This document shows, piece by piece, positions 50,911 to 57,492 of a DNA stretch of 57,492 bases. The stretch's first letter is position 1, and each line of letters begins with the position of its first letter. The notes under the pieces were generated by a model, which searched no databases, had not been told where the DNA came from, and saw nothing but the letters and a program-made list of their open reading frames with translations. The DNA comes from Sedimentisphaeraceae bacterium JB056 (GTDB lineage: Bacteria; Planctomycetota; Phycisphaerae; Sedimentisphaerales; Sedimentisphaeraceae), in contig JBITAJ010000005.1 of NCBI GenBank assembly GCA_044440125.1, forward strand, positions 1 through 57,492, given 5' to 3'. The translations under genes were made by a program, and so were the position numbers.

Positions 50911-51797
50911 AAGAAATAGTAGTAATAAGCGGAAAAGGCGGCACAGGCAAAACAAGCATAACAGCAGCATTCGCATCGCTCGCTAATAACGCCGTGCTTG
51001 CAGACTGCGATGTTGATGCCGCAGATCTCCACCTGATACTGACCCCGCAAATAAAAGAAACACACGACTTCTCAGGCGGAAAACAGGCAACCATCATAGC
51101 AGACAAATGCATAGGCTGCGGAAAATGCAGGCAACTATGCAGATTTGATGCGATCAAATTCAATGGTCCTGCCAACGACATAGTAGGCAAGACGTTTACT
51201 GTCGAGCCTGTGTCATGTGAAGGCTGTAAAGTATGCGTAGAGTTTTGTCCGGTTGACGCTATCGAATTCAATCCGGCAATAAACGGGCAATGGTTCATAT
51301 CTGAAACTCGCTTCGGCTCAATGGTACATGCCAAGCTCGGAATAGCCGAGGAAAACAGCGGCAAACTTGTAACAGTAATCCGCAATCAGGCAAAGAAGCT
51401 GGCGGAAAAAGAAGGCAGTGAACTTTTAATAGTAGACGGTTCACCCGGTATCGGATGCCCTGTAATAGCCTCGATAACAGGTTCGGATTTAGTACTGATA
51501 GTAACCGAACCGACACTTTCAGGCAAACACGACCTTGAAAGAGTAGCGATGCTTGCAAAGAGGTTCGGGATAAAAACGCTGGTGTGTATTAATAAGGCAG
51601 ATATAAATCCGCAGATGAGCAAGGAAATAGCCGAGCAAGCCACTAAAAACGGTATCAAGGTAGTCGCACAAATTCCTTATGACCGTGCGTTCACCAAAGC
51701 GCAGATACAACAGCAAACGCTCATTGAATACTCAGATAATGAGACTGGCAGGCAAATAGCCCGAATATGGGAAGAAATACAAGAAGAGATCCAATGA
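50907..51797 (+). CDS. MinD/ParA-like P-loop ATPase with inserted ferredoxin
   Basis: SGKGGTGKTS, DCDVDAADL, two 4Fe-4S motifs, DGSPGIGCP. Confidence 0.92.
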   Translation: MKEIVVISGKGGTGKTSITAAFASLANNAVLADCDVDAADLHLILTPQIKETHDFSGGKQATIIADKCIGCGKCRQLCRFDAIKFNGPANDIVGKTFTVEPVSCEGCKVCVEFCPVDAIEFNPAINGQWFISETRFGSMVHAKLGIAEENSGKLVTVIRNQAKKLAEKEGSELLIVDGSPGIGCPVIASITGSDLVLIVTEPTLSGKHDLERVAMLAKRFGIKTLVCINKADINPQMSKEIAEQATKNGIKVVAQIPYDRAFTKAQIQQQTLIEYSDNETGRQIARIWEEIQEEIQ

Positions 51798-52252
51798 CAA
51801 CCGGCAGCGAACAAGCAAAACTCGATTCCACAAAATCCGCCCTGCACCCGGACTGCATAGTATGCAGCTCTGCCAATATCAAGGGGCTGAAAATCGACTT
51901 CAAAGCCGTAGAAGAGGGCAAGGTAGAGTCGAAATTTGTCTGCGAAGAGAAGTTTGAAGGCTACCCGGGGATGATGCACGGCGGGATAATAGCATCAATA
52001 CTTGATGGTGCGATGGGCAACTGCATGTTTGCATTCGGCAAAGCGACCGTTACCGTGGAGATGACTACAAGATACAGACTGCCGGTTGTTATCGGCACCG
52101 AAGCGACTGTATCAGCAAGGCTCATCAGAAATTCTCACCCGCTGTATATACTTGAAGCACAGATAGAACAAGACAGTAAGATCAGGGCTACAGCTAAAGG
52201 TAAATTTTACTATCAGCCGCAGCTTGAAAAACATATGAAACCAGATTTTTGA
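51794..52252 (+). CDS. PaaI-family thioesterase
   Basis: HPDCIVC and GYPGMMHGGIIASILDGAM; ATGA coupling. Confidence 0.88.
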   Translation: MTTGSEQAKLDSTKSALHPDCIVCSSANIKGLKIDFKAVEEGKVESKFVCEEKFEGYPGMMHGGIIASILDGAMGNCMFAFGKATVTVEMTTRYRLPVVIGTEATVSARLIRNSHPLYILEAQIEQDSKIRATAKGKFYYQPQLEKHMKPDF

Positions 52253-52266
52253 TAAATGGAGACTTT

Positions 52267-52641
52267 ATGCCAACCATACCGGAAAACGTTAAAAAAGCCA
52301 TAGAAGCACAGGATTATTTCGCAGTAGCGACAAGCACCGCTGACGGCGTACCTAATGTCGCATACGTAAAATACCTCAAGGTAATAGAAGGTGACAAGAT
52401 TCTTATCGGCGACAATTATTTCGCAAAAACACGCGAAAACATACTGAACAATAAAAAAGTCGCTTTTGCTGTTCTTGACGAAGAAAAAGGCTCATTCCAG
52501 ATAAAAGGCACCGCAACCCGCCTCACAGAGGGCAAATGGTTCGATTATGTTCAAACCTGGGTATCAGAGAAGCTTCCAAGAGCGGCAGCGGTGATTGTTG
52601 AAGTGGAAAATATCTACAATGGAGCAGAAATAATCTGCTAA
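52267..52641 (+). CDS. Pyridoxamine 5'-phosphate oxidase-family FMN-binding protein
   Basis: ATSTADGVPNV, DNYFAKTRENI, FQIKG. Confidence 0.85.
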   Translation: MPTIPENVKKAIEAQDYFAVATSTADGVPNVAYVKYLKVIEGDKILIGDNYFAKTRENILNNKKVAFAVLDEEKGSFQIKGTATRLTEGKWFDYVQTWVSEKLPRAAAVIVEVENIYNGAEIIC

Positions 52642-52718
52642 TCGGTTGATTAACCCTGAAATTGTATTAAAATAAAGCGTTTATCAAACTAACTTAAAGT
52701 AATAAACAGGAAACTCAA

Positions 52719-53924
52719 ATGAGTGAACAAGCACAGAATCAATCACACGGCCACCCGCAAGCCGATGAAAAAAAATTGCAGGACAATATGGCCGCTATAG
52801 GCAAAAAAATCCTTGTACTCTCAGGTAAAGGCGGCGTTGGCAAGAGTACTGTAGCGGCAAATATCGCTATGGAACTTGCTCAGAAAGGCTACAAAGTCGG
52901 CCTGCTTGATATTGATTTCCATGGTCCGAGTATTCCAAGACTTACCGGACTTACCGGACAAAAATCATTCGGAACAGAAACTGAACTTATGCCGGTACCG
53001 GCAGGTGACAATCTCAGGGTTATGTCTATCGCATTCCTGCTACAGGATGATTCTCAGGCAGTTGTCTGGAGAGGCCCGATGAAATATTCTGTAATCCAGA
53101 AGCTTCTGGCTGATACAGTCTGGGGCGATCTTGACTATCTCGTTGTTGACGCTCCTCCTGGAACAGGCGACGAGCCATTGAGCATTGCTCAGCTTGTTGG
53201 CAACAATGCCGGTGCAATACTTGTAACAACTCCGCAGAGAGTGGCTATTGAAGATGTAAGACGCTGCGTAACTTTCTGCAAGCAGGTATTTTTGCCAATA
53301 TGGGGTATCGTTGAAAATATGGCTGGTTTTGTCTGCCCTAAATGCGAAGAAACAATCGACATATTTGGTAAAGACGGCGGCAAGCAATTAGCGGAAGAAT
53401 TCAATATCGACCTGCTCTCAAGAATACCTATGGATTCACAGATTGCAGCAGGAGCGGATGAGGGCGACTCAATCGCAAACAGCAGCGTATCAAAGCCTGT
53501 ACGCGAGGCTCTTGACACACTTATCAATAAGATTGTTGATAAAACACAAAAGAAAAATGAAAACAAAAAGAAAGAGGAGAGCAATATGAAGATAGCAATA
53601 CCTGTCGTAGAAAACATGCTCAGCATGCACTTCGGTCATTGCGACCAATTCACGCTGATAGACGTTGACGTTGAAGGCAAAAAAATCGTTTCGACAACTT
53701 CAGAGGATGCTCCGCCGCATGAGCCGGGTCTTCTTCCTGTATGGCTGCACGAGAAAGGTGTGAACCTTATAATAGCGGGCGGCATGGGACAAAGAGCACA
53801 AAGCCTGTTCACAGAAAAAGGCATCAAGGTGCTCACAGGTGCAAGCTCTGAAGCTCCTGAAAAGGTCGTTACAGACTGGCTCGAAAACAACTTGCAGCTT
53901 GGCGATAACGTATGTGATCACTAA
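52719..53924 (+). CDS. Mrp/NBP35 Fe-S carrier ATPase fused to a C-terminal NifB/NifX-like domain
   Basis: SGKGGVGKST, WRGPMK, DAPPGTGDE, ENM…CPKC; then MKIAIP…HFGHC…PPHEPG…NVCDH. Confidence 0.9.
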   Translation: MSEQAQNQSHGHPQADEKKLQDNMAAIGKKILVLSGKGGVGKSTVAANIAMELAQKGYKVGLLDIDFHGPSIPRLTGLTGQKSFGTETELMPVPAGDNLRVMSIAFLLQDDSQAVVWRGPMKYSVIQKLLADTVWGDLDYLVVDAPPGTGDEPLSIAQLVGNNAGAILVTTPQRVAIEDVRRCVTFCKQVFLPIWGIVENMAGFVCPKCEETIDIFGKDGGKQLAEEFNIDLLSRIPMDSQIAAGADEGDSIANSSVSKPVREALDTLINKIVDKTQKKNENKKKEESNMKIAIPVVENMLSMHFGHCDQFTLIDVDVEGKKIVSTTSEDAPPHEPGLLPVWLHEKGVNLIIAGGMGQRAQSLFTEKGIKVLTGASSEAPEKVVTDWLENNLQLGDNVCDH

Positions 53925-53941
53925 GAAGCAGTAAATTTGTA

Positions 53942-53982
53942 TTTCAACAGGCTCACGGCAAAACGCTTTGAGCCTGTTGAAA
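53942..53982. terminator. Stem-loop terminator between convergent genes
   Basis: tttcaacaggctca…tgagcctgttgaaa 14-bp stem. Confidence 0.75.
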
Positions 53983-54041
53983 TTTATGGACACCAAATAA
54001 GCCGCGATAAATCGACGGCTCTACATCAGGGTGTCTGCTGA

Positions 54042-54497
54042 TTATCGCAGCTTCTCTGCCAATACGCTGCCAAGTTCACGAGCGAGATTGCTTGCGGATT
54101 TGCGGTCTTTATTGTCGTAAGATGCAGAGGCAAGTATCTTGCCGTCCTTATCTTCGGCGATCAACGAAACACTCTCTATAGCCTCGTTTGTGCAGCCGCT
54201 GCCGCCAAGAAAGTTTTGATTAGATTTTGATTGCGTAGTCATGAATGCCGAGCCGGTGATAATCACCGTCGCCGCATCACGCTCGCATATGGCTATCTCT
54301 TTGCGTATCATTTCTTTCATGATAACATCACTGAGAACCTTCCCCATCTGTACATTTGGAGCATCGACCGGCTCCACATAAACGCATCTGAACGGCACCT
54401 GCTCGAGATGCCTTGTCGTAACAACATCATAGCTGCATCCGCCTGCCAATATCGCTGCCAGAAATAGAGCACAAACCAATATAGATTTCTTCTTCAT
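54042..54497 (-). CDS. Putative lipoprotein
   Basis: MKKKSIL…LAGGC lipobox. Confidence 0.7.
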   Translation of the reverse strand: MKKKSILVCALFLAAILAGGCSYDVVTTRHLEQVPFRCVYVEPVDAPNVQMGKVLSDVIMKEMIRKEIAICERDAATVIITGSAFMTTQSKSNQNFLGGSGCTNEAIESVSLIAEDKDGKILASASYDNKDRKSASNLARELGSVLAEKLR

Positions 54498-54498
54498 A

Positions 54499-55743
54499 TT
54501 AAACCTCAATTAAAAATTCACGTCTAAGCAAATCGAGAGCGGCTGTTGATGTTCTTATCCTGAATATATCCCTGCCATTGAGATATACTTTCTTCTCGAC
54601 AACGCATTTCTCTTTACTGCCTGCACCGATATATACCAAACCCACCGGTTTATCTTCTGTGCCGCCTGTTGGACCGGCTATGCCGCTGACGGCAATAGCG
54701 TAGTCAGAGCCGGAATTTACCAACGCACCTTTGACCATCTGCCTAACGACATCCTCACATACGGCCCCCTGCTTATCTAACAGCTCTTTTGAGACGCCAA
54801 GCTGTGACATCTTAGCTTCGTTTGCGTATGTCACCCAGCCGTAACCGAAAAACCTACTGCTGCCGGGTATATCTGTCAGCATCTTGGCTATCATGCCGCC
54901 GGTACATGATTCGGCAGTGGCCATAGTTGCACCTTCAGCTACAAGCATATTGCCGATAACCTCTGCAAGCTCCTGGTCGTCTTCTCCGAAAATATATTGA
55001 CCAATTACAGCCCTAAGCTCAAGAACAGCAGCGTCAACCATCTGCTGAGCAAGCTCCTTTGAACCAGCTTTAGCCACAACATAAAGCGTTATAACAGAAT
55101 TACTTACAGTGCAGTTAATCAGAGGATTACGGCCTCGAAGCATCATATCGCCGATTTTTTCCGCAAGGCTTGATTCTCCTATGCCGATACACTTAAGTTT
55201 CTTGCAAACAGTCGTTGCAGAACCAGCTATTTCCTTAAGCTCGGGCAATACGCCACCGGTAAACATGGCTTTCATTTCAGAAGGAACGCCCGGCATAGCA
55301 TAGATATGTACTTTTTCATCAGAAGCATTCACCCCCGGTGCCGTGCCGCAAGTATTGATAAGCGGTTTCGCTCCTGCCGGCAGATATGCCTGAACACGGT
55401 TTTTATCAGCCATGGCAATGCCGCGATTGGTAAAATAGCTGCTCATCTGTTCGAAAAGCGGCTGGGAAAACTCCAGCTCAACACCAAAGAATTTCGCAAT
55501 AGCCTCTCTTGTCAGATCGTCATCAGTAGGGCCAAGACCGCCGGTTATAAGAATGATATTGCTCTTTTTGGCGGCAAGCCTGAGACAATCCATTATATCC
55601 GCAATCTCATCACCAACAGCAAATTTATCGGCTACCTCGAGCCCATTCTCAGCCAGTTTGAGGCCAAGCCATGCACTGTTGGTATCAACGCACTGACCGC
55701 TTAGAAGCTCATTGCCTATGTTTATTATAGATATACGTGTCAT
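54499..55743 (-). CDS. cinA: Competence/damage-inducible protein CinA (NMN deamidase)
   Basis: IGNELLSG…DTNS, TGGLGPTDDDLT, AESCTGG, SGIAGPTGG. ATG55743 preferred. Confidence 0.95.
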   Translation of the reverse strand: MTRISIINIGNELLSGQCVDTNSAWLGLKLAENGLEVADKFAVGDEIADIMDCLRLAAKKSNIILITGGLGPTDDDLTREAIAKFFGVELEFSQPLFEQMSSYFTNRGIAMADKNRVQAYLPAGAKPLINTCGTAPGVNASDEKVHIYAMPGVPSEMKAMFTGGVLPELKEIAGSATTVCKKLKCIGIGESSLAEKIGDMMLRGRNPLINCTVSNSVITLYVVAKAGSKELAQQMVDAAVLELRAVIGQYIFGEDDQELAEVIGNMLVAEGATMATAESCTGGMIAKMLTDIPGSSRFFGYGWVTYANEAKMSQLGVSKELLDKQGAVCEDVVRQMVKGALVNSGSDYAIAVSGIAGPTGGTEDKPVGLVYIGAGSKEKCVVEKKVYLNGRDIFRIRTSTAALDLLRREFLIEV

Positions 55744-55827
55744 AGAATTTTGATTCCTGAAAATAGCTATTGTAATTGTAAACACAATATACAACAATTC
55801 GCAAAAGTTTCAAGCTCAAAGATACTA

Positions 55828-55949
55828 CCCGCTCCTTAACAGTCGCGGTACTGTTGAAAGTGGGTAGTGTAGAGTCAGTACCGCGACTGTGAGGGAGCGG
55901 GCTTCTTCGCGCATGAGAAAAGCCTTCAAAGATGAATCCTTGAAGGCTT
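55828..55949. repeat. REP doublet (inverted pair) plus hairpin, copy 1
   Basis: Arms 55828-55853 and 55876-55901, then cttcttcgcgcatgagaaaagccttcaa…ttgaaggctt; direct-repeat homolog at 57147-57269. Confidence 0.88.
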
Positions 55950-55971
55950 TGTAAATTCACAATTCAGACTA

Positions 55972-56199
55972 TCACTGCAAAACTATAGGATATTTTTCTG
56001 GATTTTCTATTATCTCAAGAGAGAGATCAACATCAAGCTGCGGCCAATACAGAAGATGACCATGCATAAACTCAAAATCAGTAATTTCTGAGATTTTAGC
56101 ATCCTTGAACCATGGAAAATCCTCAAAAGACAGGAAGTATTCATTGCCTTCTACCAAAATCCAGAAACCATGTTGATATATATTCGTAACCTCACACAT
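55972..56199 (-). CDS. DUF2442 domain protein (possibly N-truncated)
   Basis: EVTNIYQHGFWIL…EYFLSFEDFPWFK…LYWPQLDVDL…PEKYP. Confidence 0.75.
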   Translation of the reverse strand: MCEVTNIYQHGFWILVEGNEYFLSFEDFPWFKDAKISEITDFEFMHGHLLYWPQLDVDLSLEIIENPEKYPIVLQ

Positions 56200-56203
56200 A
56201 CTA

Positions 56204-56812
56204 TTAACCTTTAACCCTGAAATACCCCTTAATACAACTGGGATTTCTTACGCAAATCTGGATATGATTCTTAGACTTGAATCCGGCAGTCGGATACACC
56301 TCTTCTCCTTCAATAAACACTCCGCGTGTTGTATCAAACTTATAATCAGCTTTGCAGTTTTTGACAAGCCAGTCCTGCTTTTCATGAACAGCCTCAATAA
56401 CCGCACAGTCAAGACTACGCCGTAACAAATCGCCATTCTTGTCAATAGCTGTATTTTGCGGCATATTTCCACCTGATTGCCTGATATTCTCAGAAACAAC
56501 ATTATAGCCGACTTTTAACAAAGCAATGAATTTTGAATCAAGGAGATTGAGGCAATGTCCCAAATCAATAATAGCCCCAACTACAGCCGGAGTTTCAATC
56601 TTTCCGCGTGAAATTACAGGGTGCTGTTTGATACGCTGAGCAAATTCCAAAGCTCTTTCAGGATTGTTTTCCCAGAAATAAATACCATTTCCGAGCTAAT
56701 CATAATCGTTATCCGATGATTTTAGTCCCGCTTCTCCTGAAAACACCTTCTCTGCTACAGTTTTGTCACACCCGTGAAAACCGAGAACAAAATGTGGCAA
56801 TACCGAATACAT
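56204..56812 (-). pseudogene. ADP-ribosyltransferase/PARP-like protein interrupted by TAG at 56696-56698
   Basis: ATG56812 reads MYSVLPHFVLGFHGCDK…NDYD*LGNGIYFWENNPERAL, in frame with ORF 56204..56650. Confidence 0.7.
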
Positions 56813-56970
56813 TATTGTGTTGCTTTATAAACCTCTTTAAGCTTGCCATTCTTAGTACAAATACCAATACGATGCAAAACCTCAATAGCCTGCTCTTTGG
56901 TATTGTGCTTAGCCTGCCTGGCTTCTTTTTTAAGCTCTGTTAATAAAATGTTGTAATTTTTATCGGTCAT
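56812..56970 (-). CDS. 52-aa small protein, putative antitoxin/partner (absent from the ORF track)
   Basis: MTDKNYNILLTELKKEARQAKHNTKEQAIEVLHRIGICTKNGKLKEVYKATQ; its TAA overlaps the downstream ATG (TAATG). Confidence 0.7.
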   Translation of the reverse strand: MTDKNYNILLTELKKEARQAKHNTKEQAIEVLHRIGICTKNGKLKEVYKATQ

Positions 56971-57146
56971 AGCAATATCCCATATCTAAAAAGATAATGA
57001 TATTATATCACGATTACCTGTAAAATCAAATCATTCTTGAAGTCCATCAAATCCAATCACTGAAATCTTAACGCAAAGACGCTAAGCCGTAAGGGCGTAA
57101 AGAGAATATCAGATAGATGTATGATATAATAGTATCACGGCACTCA

Positions 57147-57269
57147 CCCGCTCCCTACGGGTCGCGGTACTGATACGGACGCTACCCATCTCCAACAGTA
57201 CCGCGACCCGTAGGGAGCGGGCTTCTCCGCGCATGAAAAAAGCCTTCAAGAACGAATCCTTGAAGGCTT
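57147..57269. repeat. REP doublet (perfect 26-bp inverted pair) plus hairpin, copy 2; likely 16S terminator region
   Basis: Arms 57147-57172 and 57196-57221; hairpin aagccttcaag…cttgaaggctt with an A-tract on its left (U-tract on the minus strand). Confidence 0.88.
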
Positions 57270-57367
57270 ATAATTACGTAGTTGTAGGTCCAAAACCACA
57301 AAAGCGGCTGACATAACTCGCTTATCTTCAAATGGCATAATCGCCGAAGATAAACGTCTAAGTTATC

Positions 57368-57492
<125 letters not shown>

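Noticed and set aside
7364..55704. Numerous short antisense or overlapping ORFs in the track
   Set aside because: They lie within well-supported genes on other frames or strands and show no motifs; treated as shadow ORFs.

Overview
The window is from an anaerobic bacterium, probably a Planctomycetota/Phycisphaerae member (inferred from the 16S 3' end GACTTAGTCCCAG and the REP-like family; not verified). It opens with a visibly AT-rich accessory island (1-6.3 kb). The island holds a tightly coupled cassette of TGT-like, OGG-type glycosylase (one internal stop), QueC-like and ThsB-type TIR genes, then a TIR/helical-repeat protein and a MoaA-like radical SAM enzyme. The first three genes match the ancillary set of type IV CBASS, but the gene after QueC is a TIR protein with an N-terminal MGGGGGS tail instead of a CD-NTase. 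This is the best candidate for a new defence system: a Thoeris-like TIR controlled by deazaguanylation. The rest is mostly core and metabolic DNA: rseC-rnfCDGEAB, a RelE/HigA-type TA pair, two sialate O-acetylesterase paralogs, two tiny His-rich membrane paralogs, guaBA, pyruvoyl Arg decarboxylase-speB, GH32/fructokinase, a rhamnulokinase-PHP-dehydrogenase cluster, UroD-family genes, a sigma54-driven nifE-nifN-nifB-nifV-modABC operon (no nifHDK in window), a DUF134/NifX-like/MinD-ferredoxin/Mrp operon and cinA. The window ends with a small TA-like cassette bracketed by duplicated REP-doublet+terminator modules and the 3' end of an apparently unlinked 16S rRNA gene. All family calls come from motif recognition by eye; no searches were run.
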